Source: a virus
Virus record (IMG/VR): IMGVR_UViG_3300032214_001462
Location: 16,663-80,662 of that record
DNA length: 64,000 nucleotides
Reading direction: 5' to 3' (one strand)
A program made the translations under genes and the position numbers. A model generated the notes under the pieces. That model was not told the origin of the DNA, searched no databases, and saw only the letters and a list, made by a program, of their open reading frames with translations. This document shows, in pieces, positions 16,935-26,371 of this stretch (positions within the stretch are counted from its first letter, which is position 1; each line of letters begins with the position of its first letter).

Positions 16935-17363
16935 ATGACTCAAGGTTTTTACGGTGGTTACATGGGTAACGCAGGTGCCATTGATGATTTGGTATACCGA
17001 GGAGAGCCTAGGCAGATGATGCCAATGCCGTATTACGGTGGTGGTATGAATATGCAGCAACTCGCTGGCTTTTATGGGCCAGGGCAGATGTCGACTGATG
17101 TGATTAAGGCGAACATCCCAATGGGCCAAATGGCTGGCGCACCAAGCTTTGATATCAACCGTCGTCCCGGCGCTCTTGGCGAACGCTCTGGTGAACAGCT
17201 CAAAAGGATTTATGAAGGCGGCACGCAAGATAATCGGAAACTAAACGAGGAGTTAATGCGTCGTGGCATTATGCCCGGTGGCCCTAGCTTGCCTATGGCG
17301 ATGGGTTCACAAATGGGAATGCAGAGCATGCCTGCAGGTTTCCAAAATAAAATGGTTTATTGA
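16935..17363 (+). CDS. Met/Gly-rich hypothetical protein
   Basis: low-complexity ORF. Confidence 0.6.
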   Translation: MTQGFYGGYMGNAGAIDDLVYRGEPRQMMPMPYYGGGMNMQQLAGFYGPGQMSTDVIKANIPMGQMAGAPSFDINRRPGALGERSGEQLKRIYEGGTQDNRKLNEELMRRGIMPGGPSLPMAMGSQMGMQSMPAGFQNKMVY

Positions 17364-17379
17364 TTACTAGTTAACTAAA

Positions 17380-17559
17380 ATGGAACCGGAAATCGCAGGC
17401 CGCTTTATGTCTGACCTAGAAGCTTTGCAGGCTGTAAGAGCTCCTCAGTTTCCATTGGAACCTTTTACTACACAAGGAGACATCACTTCTCGACGTCCCT
17501 CACGTGTTCCATCGCCAGCAGTATTCGTATCACCTGGACCCAAGGGCCCCGGCTTCTAA
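17380..17559 (+). CDS. 59-aa microprotein (not in ORF track)
   Basis: MEPEIAGRFMSDLEALQ...PGF fills the gap before the portal gene. Confidence 0.5.
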   Translation: MEPEIAGRFMSDLEALQAVRAPQFPLEPFTTQGDITSRRPSRVPSPAVFVSPGPKGPGF

Positions 17560-17603
17560 ATAGTAAAAACTGCTAACATAATTAAAAGTATCAAAGGGGA
17601 TAG

Positions 17604-19883
17604 ATGTCTGACGCAAAGGCCCGCTTAAAGGAAATAATCAATTCCTATCTCGACAAAGATAGTGACATTGTTGTTGACACAGGCGTTGTTGCGTCACATA
17701 TTGCACAGATGAAATTATTTGGCATCCGTCAGGGTGTTGAATTTTTCCCTTCTCAAGACAACTTCGGTGCGCAGCGCAAGGATTTTCTTGATCGCGTATT
17801 GAAATACAACAAGATGGATACGCGCCTGGATTCTATCTGGGAGTATTTTCTTTGTGATGGTAAAGGGCTTTTCTATATTCGTCCCACTAAGCAAAGCTAT
17901 CGTCTTTACTATTTTCGTGAACACGAATACAGAAGCTATTACAACGTAGATGGTGAGCTCGACGAAGTTGTGATCATCTATAGCTATAAAGTGCGTCGTG
18001 GCAACGGGTTTGGTGATCAAATAAATGTCGCTAATTTAAGCGGCATGAAAAATAGTTACGGCCCAGGTGCTAAACGCTATATCCGTTTATCTATCAAGAA
18101 TAGTCAAATCGAAGAGACTCATTCTGATAGTGACATGTCCTTCGACATGCCCAGTTATTCCTATGGAACTAACACCAAAAAATTCAAGAACACTTTAGGC
18201 TTCATTCCTTGTGTTGAGATCGTCAATAATCCACAAGGCTTTTCAACAGAAGGCAGTGGTGAATTTGATGCGATGGCAAATCATATTTGCACGCACGATG
18301 ATTTGATGCGTACGATTCGTAAAAATATTAATTTCTTTGGTAACCCCACACTCCTTTCTTCCAGGCCTAAAACAGACTTGATGGAAGCAGGTGGGGATAT
18401 GTCCATCCAGCGTCCTTCCATCGCGGCCAACTCAGGTTTCACAAGCGCTTCTCCCTTGAGCCGTTCCATGTTCAAGGCTGATCCCGTCAGTCGCGGCATG
18501 GATGGCCAGCTGCGAGTACCAAGGGTTATTGCAAACCTGGAGCCTAATGACCGAGTTGGTTACATTGTTCCCGATGCAATCACAGGCGACCAAAACTCTT
18601 TTGCTCGTCAGTATCGCGAAGAGATTCGCACTGCTCTTGGTGGTGTAGATGAACTTTCGATTTCAGCTGGTGTTACTGCGACTGAATATAAGTCTTTGTT
18701 TGGACGAGTATCTGCAACTTCAAAGAAAAAAGCAAATGCTATCTATACACATGGCATTTCTCGTTGCTTGGAATTGATCATTTACCAAGAAGAACAGCTA
18801 TTTAAATCAACACTTGCAGCTGCTGCTGGCATCGAAAAGCCAGTAGATTTGGGACCTAACGCCCCTCCGGAAGAAGAGCAGGCCTATAAGCAAGCACTTG
18901 ATCAATACAACGAAAAGATCAAGAGCATCATGATGGCCTGTATCGAAACACAGATGATTCCACCTGGAGTAATGGGACTTATTCCAGATGGAGACATCAC
19001 TGTGCTTTGGCGCTGGATGGGCCCTGTTTATGAAGATTCCACTCAAGATATCTTGAATAACTCAATTGTGGTTAGGAATCTTCAAGAATTAGGTGTTGAT
19101 AGCATTGAAGCACTGAAGTACCTCTTTCCGTCCAAAACGGATGAGGAAAGAGCCGAGATGTTATCTGGGTTCCCGTTCAGGATGGTTAACGAATTGCAGG
19201 GTGCTTATTCTGCATTCGCTAAACTAGTGGGGGGAATGATGCAGACTCCCCACCCGCAAGCACCGGATCTTCCGATGGCTGCGGATCCAAGATTGGATTT
19301 AACGCCATATCTGTATCGAACTTTAGAAGCTCTACAAAAGGAGATGAGTTATGCAGGACGCTACCGTCCAATCGATCCCACAGACGAGCCAAGTTCCGGC
19401 AGCGGTGGCTCCGAGCAGCTACGTGGCACCGGCACCCAGCAATTACCAGGCGGCTCCGGGTCCAGTGGCGTATCAAGTGGGTACCAACTACCCTCAAGCA
19501 GTTCCACAGGCGGTCCCCAATTACCAATCCGCCCCTACTCAGTACGCCCCCCAATCCCCATCGGAGGCGACGAGCAGCCCATGGGAATCGGCGTTCAACA
19601 AGGTGGTGAATCTGCTGAGCGCACCAGTTCAATCCCCGTTCCAGGGTCAGTCCTCAGCGACGACGACTCAGTACGCCCCGGCGAACTACGGCCAGCAAGT
19701 AAACCCAGCTACGCAACAATCGGCTCAGCAGACCTGGTCTCCCAACCAGATCTCGTCGCCCAGCTCTTCCCAAACCTTCTCGGTTCAATCCTTGGGGGAC
19801 GTGGCGGATCTGCTCCAGTGGAGTCCGGAGACGCGCCACGTGGTAAGCGCGTACGGAGTAGAGGCTCCCGCAATCCTAAATAA
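17604..19883 (+). CDS. portal protein with a low-complexity C-terminal extension
   Basis: size and position between terL and capsid; LGFIPCVEI...GSGEF and SAG...SLF patterns typical of portals. Confidence 0.75.
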   Translation: MSDAKARLKEIINSYLDKDSDIVVDTGVVASHIAQMKLFGIRQGVEFFPSQDNFGAQRKDFLDRVLKYNKMDTRLDSIWEYFLCDGKGLFYIRPTKQSYRLYYFREHEYRSYYNVDGELDEVVIIYSYKVRRGNGFGDQINVANLSGMKNSYGPGAKRYIRLSIKNSQIEETHSDSDMSFDMPSYSYGTNTKKFKNTLGFIPCVEIVNNPQGFSTEGSGEFDAMANHICTHDDLMRTIRKNINFFGNPTLLSSRPKTDLMEAGGDMSIQRPSIAANSGFTSASPLSRSMFKADPVSRGMDGQLRVPRVIANLEPNDRVGYIVPDAITGDQNSFARQYREEIRTALGGVDELSISAGVTATEYKSLFGRVSATSKKKANAIYTHGISRCLELIIYQEEQLFKSTLAAAAGIEKPVDLGPNAPPEEEQAYKQALDQYNEKIKSIMMACIETQMIPPGVMGLIPDGDITVLWRWMGPVYEDSTQDILNNSIVVRNLQELGVDSIEALKYLFPSKTDEERAEMLSGFPFRMVNELQGAYSAFAKLVGGMMQTPHPQAPDLPMAADPRLDLTPYLYRTLEALQKEMSYAGRYRPIDPTDEPSSGSGGSEQLRGTGTQQLPGGSGSSGVSSGYQLPSSSSTGGPQLPIRPYSVRPPIPIGGDEQPMGIGVQQGGESAERTSSIPVPGSVLSDDDSVRPGELRPASKPSYATIGSADLVSQPDLVAQLFPNLLGSILGGRGGSAPVESGDAPRGKRVRSRGSRNPK

Positions 19884-20307
19884 TTATGCTCTCCAGCTTG
19901 AGAATATGCTGGATAGCGCAGTTGCTTGGGGAAGCCAGGCCAAAGGTTTGATCGAAGGATACGCAACGTTTGCTGTTAACGAGCATTCCGAGAATCTTTC
20001 CTATAACGAGATTCTGACGAATCCTGATGTACTGAGCGATTACACGCTTAAGTTCTTTGGTCCTGAAGGTCCTTATCCTGTTTACGAAAGTGAGCAGGAA
20101 CTTGATAACTACGGTTATCGCACTGAGGCTGTTGATCCTTACATGGGTCAGTTCCCTGCCCCTCCTGTTGCTGAAGCACCTCAACAGCCTGAGAACTTCT
20201 GGGGTTCCTTCAAGCAGCAAATGGATCTCGATCCCGCTAACGCTTGGCGCCTTTTAAATCAGGCTCAACCTCAAGTTGTTGCTAACAAACTGTTAGTCAT
20301 GGAGTGA
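19351..20307 (+). CDS. putative capsid scaffolding/assembly protein
   Basis: AAGGAG RBS; Pro/Gln/Ala-rich N-terminus; between portal and capsid. Confidence 0.65.
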   Translation: MQDATVQSIPQTSQVPAAVAPSSYVAPAPSNYQAAPGPVAYQVGTNYPQAVPQAVPNYQSAPTQYAPQSPSEATSSPWESAFNKVVNLLSAPVQSPFQGQSSATTTQYAPANYGQQVNPATQQSAQQTWSPNQISSPSSSQTFSVQSLGDVADLLQWSPETRHVVSAYGVEAPAILNNYALQLENMLDSAVAWGSQAKGLIEGYATFAVNEHSENLSYNEILTNPDVLSDYTLKFFGPEGPYPVYESEQELDNYGYRTEAVDPYMGQFPAPPVAEAPQQPENFWGSFKQQMDLDPANAWRLLNQAQPQVVANKLLVME

Positions 20308-20311
20308 TGCC

Positions 20312-20854
20312 ATGCGTGGCGCTCTTAAATACGGCGTACCCATCGCTGCCGGCTTAGGCACTGGTGCGTACGCCCTTTCTCAAGGTGAAGATATTGGCTC
20401 TGCTGCTCTTGCGGCAGGTGCCGGTGCATTAGGCGGTGCAGGTGGTTTGCTTGCAGGTCGTTTGGCTGGCAAGTATTCCCCGCAGCTTCTTGAAGTGATT
20501 CAAGAAAAGGCAGTAGTTCCCGTTGGCAATATTGTCGGTGATATTGGCCGCAATATTCCACAGGGATCTACAAAGCGTGCTGGCGTCGTTGGTAAAGCAG
20601 CTGATATTCTTGCCGCCGCAGAAGGTGCTGCAATGAATCCGGCCGCACAACGTACAGTCGGCAAAGCAGCTGCTGGCCTAGGTGTTCCACTTGGAGCATT
20701 AACTGCCGGACTTGGTGGAGTTGCTCTTGGAGCTATTCCAGGCTCATTGGGCGTACCTGGCTTTGTTCAGGATCCTTCCATTGATCCCGAGTCTTACGGC
20801 TCCAGCAACTCAATGGGTGCTCGCTATAAAGAGCCCACTATGCAGTACATGTGA
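20312..20854 (+). CDS. Gly/Ala-rich hydrophobic protein
   Basis: 180-aa ORF. Confidence 0.65.
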   Translation: MRGALKYGVPIAAGLGTGAYALSQGEDIGSAALAAGAGALGGAGGLLAGRLAGKYSPQLLEVIQEKAVVPVGNIVGDIGRNIPQGSTKRAGVVGKAADILAAAEGAAMNPAAQRTVGKAAAGLGVPLGALTAGLGGVALGAIPGSLGVPGFVQDPSIDPESYGSSNSMGARYKEPTMQYM

Positions 20855-20953
20855 ACATATAAGTTCACTACCTGCTAAAATTTGTGTTAGATAAGACACG
20901 TGTGTCTTTATCTTTCACCCGATAAAAACACTGACACTGGAGGATAAACCAAG

Positions 20954-22938
20954 GTGTTTATTGATAGCTAGTTCAGATCCTGGTAGGTATGACCCTTCAA
21001 GATTTGGTAAATAGCTCCGTGATTGCAATCAAATTTTTCGGCAATTTTTCTATAAGAAAGACCAGCCTCTTTTAAAGATTTGATTTGATTCACGTCACCC
21101 GAAGAAAACTTTCTCAAAGACTTCTTCGGTTTTCCTTTACTGGCAAAGCCATTGTTTTTATAACAACCACTTTCCCAGGCTCTTGTTAAATTCTCTTGTT
21201 TGGTAACAATCTCAAGATTGTCAAGATAATTATTTCTCTTGTCATTATCTTTGTGATCAACTTGCAAGGAAAAGTTACTGGTTCCATGAGAACGCAGATC
21301 TAATCCTAAAAATGCAACTGCCATCAAGACATGAAGATGAAAACGCTTTCTCTTCCCGTCAACAAGAACTGAGATGCGGTCGTAAACACTGGTTGAACTG
21401 ATTGGAATCTCTAAAAAATATTCTTGATTATCGGGATCAAGTTGTTTTTCAAAAGCTTTTCCTTCTTCAGTTAAGTAAAGATTACCAAATCCTGGAACAA
21501 GTTTTGGATTCATGTTGTTCATAAACAAGTTTCCAAATAGTAACATGCCTCAACTGAACGCTCAACGTTGTCACCTCACCGAGCAATCGATGAGTGCAAA
21601 CCGGATGAATTCAGGGAAGCCCTAACGTAAAGACGAGGGTAATCCTGAGCCAAGCCAATCAAGCGTGATTGGAAGGTGCAGAGACTAGGCGGCTGGTGAC
21701 GCTTCACCTGTAATACGCCATTAGCGTCCGGCATCCCACAGGGATGAAGAGATAGTCCACCCCTCTAAGAAACTAGAGACCAGGAGAACGATTTTCCAAA
21801 AATCTTGGGTGCGGAACTTTATCGCCCCCACCCTGCTTACATCGCAGAAATGGCAGTCGAGCCTGTGGTCGTTCACGACTTCACTCGTCAGCCCGGTCAA
21901 ACTGTTCAGTTAGATCGCTATAAGTTCTGGGGTACCCCTGGTACTAAGGACAGCCGTGAGCGTATTGCCGATCAAACCATCGGTACCGCTAACAGCCGCA
22001 ACATCACGAAGGAGAAAGTCCTTGTGGTGCTGAAGGAGTACACTGGCCCTGCAGACCCGGGTGATCCGACTCAGCCTTCTACCTTCAAGATTGCACGTGA
22101 AACTCTGATTACCGCCCAGCGTCTTCTGCTGGACACCGGTAACCTGAATATGTTCCACCAGTCGATCGGTAGCCTGACGCTGCTTGACGACTATCGCCGT
22201 TGGCGTGATCGCGTGTTCATTGATGAACTCGCCAAAGCAGAAGCCAATGGTGCTGCCTCTACTACCCAAGGCGGTTACTACTTCCCTGGTGCTAAGACCA
22301 AGAACGCTTCTGGTCAGATCACCTATACCTCTGATGAGTACACCGCAGAAACTCAGCAGTTCCAAGTGCGCACCGATCTTCTGACTGTGGTCAAGGATCT
22401 CCGTAAGCGCAACACTCCTACCTTCGCTGATGGTCTGTATCGCTGTATTTGCGATCCAACCTTCATGATGCACCTGCGTCGTGATCCTGACTTCCGCGAA
22501 ATCGCACGTTACTCCGGTAACCCTGGCCAAGGCATGTACATGGGCAACCCCATGATGCCTAACAACGCCAGCTTCTACATGGGTCCCCAGGCTGGTCAAG
22601 GTTACTTCCTGGCTGGCGAACCTGTAATGCCTACTGGCGTGCAGTTCGAAGGTGTTAAGTTCTTCGAGTCGACCAACTTCCCGACCAAGAACGTCAGCGC
22701 TTCGTTCAACAACGGTTCTACCTACACCTCCCAGGAAGTTGCACAAGGCTACTTCTTTGGTCCTCAGTCCATCGGTGTTGGCATCGGCGGCCCTAATGCC
22801 CAGGTGCTCATCAACAACAACGATGACTTCAGCCGTTTCATCATCCTGATCTGGCAACTGTATGCAGGCTTCGAGATCCTGAACAAGGACTTCGTGACCA
22901 CCGCATTCAGCTTCGTTCAAGACGACGGCAACATCTGA
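20954..22938 (+). CDS. major capsid protein, spliced join(20954..20965,21787..22938), 387 aa
   Basis: GGAGG plus GTG TTT ATT GAT joins in frame to AAC GAT TTT CCA AAA ATC TTG GGT; strong codon bias; HK97-type features (PGQTVQL, FEGVKFFESTN). Confidence 0.85.
20966..21786 (+). mobile_element. group I intron (821 nt)
   Basis: exon 1 ends in T and intron ends in G; core motifs GAATTCAGGGAA, AATCCTGAGC, GCAGAGACTA, AAGAGATAGTCC; P3 CCGGATG/CGTCCGG; IGS CGTTGTCA at 21566-21573. Confidence 0.93.
20968..21546 (-). CDS. intron-encoded HNH homing endonuclease (I-HmuI-like, C-terminal HTH), antisense to the intron
   Basis: HVLMAVAFL...VDHKDNDKRNNYLDNLEIVTKQEN; SYRKIAEKF HTH; the real start may be a downstream Met. 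Confidence 0.88.
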   Translation of the reverse strand: MLLFGNLFMNNMNPKLVPGFGNLYLTEEGKAFEKQLDPDNQEYFLEIPISSTSVYDRISVLVDGKRKRFHLHVLMAVAFLGLDLRSHGTSNFSLQVDHKDNDKRNNYLDNLEIVTKQENLTRAWESGCYKNNGFASKGKPKKSLRKFSSGDVNQIKSLKEAGLSYRKIAEKFDCNHGAIYQILKGHTYQDLN

Positions 22939-22974
22939 TAACTATTAATAGTTCCAAAACATAAGGAAAGATAA

Positions 22975-23766
22975 ATGACCTATTTGTCCTCTAAGAAGAT
23001 CTATCCAGGTAACTGGGCAGAGCCTCTGAATGGTTGGTACAAGAATATTGATACCAACTATGATTCCACTAACAATGGTTCCAAGGGCGGCCCCACTTCT
23101 GTGCTGGCTGTCCCTGGCTATCGTTACTTCCAGCAGCGTGGTTACGTAGCTGTTACCACCGCCTCTGGCGCAGGTGCAGTTGCTTCTGGCAGCGTGATCG
23201 TTCCTTCCCCTTATCGGAATGACGACACTCGTACTGATATCACCGGCATGGTGATCTCTGGCAGCACCACCCTGCCTGCCTATGTGTATCGCGCAGCAGT
23301 TTCTGTCGCTTCTGGTTGGGGCGACGGCCGTGTTGCTTCTGGTATCTACGCTGCTACCGGCAACGTGATCACCTTTGGTCCTGGCCTCACCTCCACCGGC
23401 AACGCTGGTGAAGCTGTGGCACAAGCCAACCTGACCTCCACTACTTCTGGTTCTCAGCCTGGTGAAATCTTATTCACCGCTGGTACCGCCGCCTATAGCG
23501 CTAACGCTTTCCTCACCGCTACTGGTGCTGCTGGTGTAAGCGTCAATAAGGTTTACAAGGAAGTCACTACGGCTACTACCTATACCGTCCAGGCTCGTGA
23601 GTCGCAAACCGCTACCTCCACCTCTGGTGGCTGGTACATCTCCAGCGGTGATGCAACTGCCGGCCGTATTGGTTACTTTGTGGTTGAAGTGTGCTACATC
23701 CAACCTGATGAAGCACCTGGCTACGAAGATATCGATGGCTATCTTCTTGGCCGCACTGTTAGCTGA
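22975..23766 (+). CDS. abundant virion structural protein (decoration/minor capsid candidate)
   Basis: directly after the capsid gene with the same codon bias; Thr/Ser/Gly/Ala-rich. Confidence 0.65.
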   Translation: MTYLSSKKIYPGNWAEPLNGWYKNIDTNYDSTNNGSKGGPTSVLAVPGYRYFQQRGYVAVTTASGAGAVASGSVIVPSPYRNDDTRTDITGMVISGSTTLPAYVYRAAVSVASGWGDGRVASGIYAATGNVITFGPGLTSTGNAGEAVAQANLTSTTSGSQPGEILFTAGTAAYSANAFLTATGAAGVSVNKVYKEVTTATTYTVQARESQTATSTSGGWYISSGDATAGRIGYFVVEVCYIQPDEAPGYEDIDGYLLGRTVS

Positions 23767-23801
23767 ATAAGTTAAACTAGGACCAGACAACATCTGGTTC
23801 T

Positions 23802-24230
23802 ATGACATTTACTCCAGCAATGCTTTATCAGCATAAAAAAACCGGCGCAAGAGTAAAGGTTGTAAGCGAATGGGATAATGGCGATTGGTTCATGGTCGAA
23901 GATCAGGACGGTCGCCTTTACACCGCTTATAAAACCGAGCTTTGCCCTGATGAAGCTGCTACTAAAACAGTAAAAACTCTTCAGGTAAAAGATAAAGCAG
24001 CCAAAGAAGAGCCCCGTACTTTTCCCCCGGACCATCGTTTAAATATCAATTCAGCTACCGCACAAATGATCGCTGATCATATTAAAGGTATTGGATTGAA
24101 GACAGCCCGAGAGATTAAAGATCTTCAGATGTCCTTATCGGGTGAAAGGTTCAACAATCTCGAACAGTTAAAACAGATTAAACGTGTGGATTGGGAAGCG
24201 GTTCTAGCGGCTGACCTTATCCGAGTTTGA
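23802..24230 (+). CDS. helix-hairpin-helix (ComEA-like) protein
   Basis: LNINSATAQMIADHIKGIGLKTAREI...RFNNLEQLKQI. Confidence 0.75.
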   Translation: MTFTPAMLYQHKKTGARVKVVSEWDNGDWFMVEDQDGRLYTAYKTELCPDEAATKTVKTLQVKDKAAKEEPRTFPPDHRLNINSATAQMIADHIKGIGLKTAREIKDLQMSLSGERFNNLEQLKQIKRVDWEAVLAADLIRV

Positions 24231-24246
24231 TAGATAACATAAATAC

Positions 24247-24271
24247 ACCCCTGGGAAACCAGGGGTTTTTT
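24247..24271 (+). terminator. intrinsic terminator
   Basis: ACCCCTGG-GAAA-CCAGGGGT plus T-run. Confidence 0.85.
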
Positions 24272-24299
24272 AGTCCTAAAATTAAAAATAAAACATAAG

Positions 24300-24938
24300 A
24301 TGGCGGAAAGATCTATTGTTGATGTGGGCAAATACCTACAACGCGTTGGTTTGCGTGTAGGAGAAAACCCTGCGTTTGGTGGTGTAGGTGGCGGCCATTC
24401 CCCCACTGGCTACCACCCAAAAGGCATGGCAATCGACGTGACGGACTGGCGTCCTGATGTCGCACCAGCATATGCAGGAGGTAAAGCAATTCCCTGGCAA
24501 CAACGCACAGGTGAATTGAGCTGGCGTGCAAAGCAGTTAGGACTGTTCAATGAAGCTTTAGGGCCTGGCGACCCAGGTCACCCTACACACGTACACCTGG
24601 CACTAGGGGGCAAAAAATTTATTACAGACCCACAGCTCGAATGGCTCGCCACCGGACGCTATAAAACTCCTGATGGCAAATTGACTGATGTCATGCCGAC
24701 TGCAAGCATGCCCATGGGTGGTATGGTAGCCAATAATATGCAGCAAGATATTGTTCAGCCAGAGGTAAAGAAAGATGCAGATAAATTCTTGAATGATTAC
24801 ATGAATGAGTATGCGCAATCTGCGATTATTGCAAGTGCATTAAGCCCTTCGTCGCCAGCGGCAAATCCAATGGCCCAGTTCCAGCAGATGTATCAGCAGA
24901 TGGCACAAACAAATATTCCAAATCCATTGCTTGGTTGA
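24300..24938 (+). CDS. M15-like zinc peptidase domain protein
   Basis: H-x6-D (HPKGMAID) and HVH motifs. Confidence 0.6.
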   Translation: MAERSIVDVGKYLQRVGLRVGENPAFGGVGGGHSPTGYHPKGMAIDVTDWRPDVAPAYAGGKAIPWQQRTGELSWRAKQLGLFNEALGPGDPGHPTHVHLALGGKKFITDPQLEWLATGRYKTPDGKLTDVMPTASMPMGGMVANNMQQDIVQPEVKKDADKFLNDYMNEYAQSAIIASALSPSSPAANPMAQFQQMYQQMAQTNIPNPLLG

Positions 24939-24973
24939 GTTCATTTATAATGAAAAACATACGGAAATAAGCT

Positions 24974-25435
24974 GTGCAACTCAGCGACTTTGATAAAAGT
25001 AGAGTCCGGTATCACCTGGGCTACTTCACGGTTTCCGTGCCGGCAGGTGATTACGCTCGTCTTGAAGAGAGTATGAATACCATTCCGGATTCATACTTCT
25101 ACGACAAGATCTCTATTCAGATTGGTCGCTGTGACACTGCTGAAAAGAAGACAGAGGTTGCTACCTCTCCTTCTACTCGGCTAGAAAGCATCGCTGGTGA
25201 TGTCGACCGTACGATCCGGTCTAGCAACGCCAAAGAAGCTCTCAAGGTTTGGGATGAGATTTATCTCTACGAAACCAACCGTCTGGCTCAAATCCTTTAC
25301 GTTCCCAACTATAAGGATCCTTTCCAAGCTCGTTATCGTTACGAGCGTTCAGGCGCTGAGTTTATTCAGGCGCTTCCAGGACCCGCTGATGTTTCAGTGG
25401 GCACACGCATTTATCTGAATATTAATTGGAGGTAG
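24974..25435 (+). CDS. putative head completion/adaptor protein
   Basis: position; LSDFDKSRVRYHLGY start. Confidence 0.5.
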   Translation: MQLSDFDKSRVRYHLGYFTVSVPAGDYARLEESMNTIPDSYFYDKISIQIGRCDTAEKKTEVATSPSTRLESIAGDVDRTIRSSNAKEALKVWDEIYLYETNRLAQILYVPNYKDPFQARYRYERSGAEFIQALPGPADVSVGTRIYLNINWR

Positions 25436-25437
25436 TT

Positions 25438-26154
25438 ATGCCAACAGGACCCTTTTCTCGTCAGACTTGGCAAACAATTGAGGCGCTGCCCGGCAGACTG
25501 CTGGGTGGTCTTGGAAGGCTAGGTAATTATCTCGGTTCAGAAAGAGCTGCTCAAGACTATGCCAACATGCTATCTGGCACCAGACCAGCCAATGCCGCAG
25601 GCTTACCGAAACGAGGTGTGCCCTTAACTCCAGCAGAGCGGCAATCTCAGATGAATGCAATCAGAGCTTTTGAAGCTGCTCCAGGTATGCAAACAGGAGT
25701 TTCCTACGCCATGGGCTCTGGTTCGCCTGCCGTAGAACGTGCCTACCAACAAGAAAAAGCACGTGTTGCACAGATGACGGCACAGGATCCCGAGCTTCAG
25801 CGTTATGAAAAAGCCCGTATTGGAGCTAAGACACAAGATGAAATGAACGCAGCACGTGATATTGGCATGGAGATTTGGGCTAAAGCAAATCCTCAATTAG
25901 CCGCAAAAGTAAGTGCTGGTCAGTCAGGCTACGACACTATTCAAGGTGTGTTAGCTGGGCAAGCTGTTAATCAAGGCTATGGTTATCAGATGCCGCAGCA
26001 AATTATCGGCACACCAGCTATGGGGATGAATGCCCCACAAGGACTCCCAGCTGTGCAGTCAATGGGAGCGGCAGATACCTATGGACCACAAGGCATCGAA
26101 TTTGATCCGGAAATGGTGAACAAGTTCCAGGCCTTACTGAACCTTAAAAAATAA
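25438..26154 (+). CDS. hypothetical virion-associated protein
   Basis: GGAGG RBS; Ala/Gln-rich. Confidence 0.6.
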   Translation: MPTGPFSRQTWQTIEALPGRLLGGLGRLGNYLGSERAAQDYANMLSGTRPANAAGLPKRGVPLTPAERQSQMNAIRAFEAAPGMQTGVSYAMGSGSPAVERAYQQEKARVAQMTAQDPELQRYEKARIGAKTQDEMNAARDIGMEIWAKANPQLAAKVSAGQSGYDTIQGVLAGQAVNQGYGYQMPQQIIGTPAMGMNAPQGLPAVQSMGAADTYGPQGIEFDPEMVNKFQALLNLKK

Positions 26155-26158
26155 ATAC

Positions 26159-26233
26159 CTTGGCGTTGCTGAGCATGTAAGTCCAACCAACTGGATACGA
26201 ATCTTTTGATTCATGGAGGCCAGTGTAGTTGCT
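26159..26233 (+). ncRNA. wcaG-like cyanophage RNA motif
   Basis: two tandem stems TTGG/CCAA and CTGG/CCAG, TGGCG motif, GAATC-TTTT-GATTC hairpin; resemblance recalled, not searched. Confidence 0.5.
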
Positions 26234-26241
26234 TTAAACCA

Positions 26242-26358
26242 ATGATTCTCTGCCCTAAGTACGTCAAGCGAACTCTGCTGTCTTTGTCGACACTCCTCGC
26301 ATTACAAACAGTCTTCGTTCCTGGTCTTAGGGCAAGTTCAAATTGGGTAGGAGAATAA
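26242..26358 (+). CDS. 38-aa signal-peptide-like microprotein (not in ORF track)
   Basis: MILCPKYVKRTLLSLSTLLALQTVFVPGLRASSNWVGE. Confidence 0.5.
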   Translation: MILCPKYVKRTLLSLSTLLALQTVFVPGLRASSNWVGE

Positions 26359-26371
26359 AGAGAATAAAGAA

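Noticed and set aside
21805-21807. TTG start for the capsid gene given by the ORF track
   Set aside because: No RBS; the frame extends to the intron 3' splice site and joins an upstream exon that has GGAGG
21910-22920. 336-aa antisense ORF over the capsid gene
   Set aside because: Expected shadow of strongly biased codon usage; no recognisable protein features
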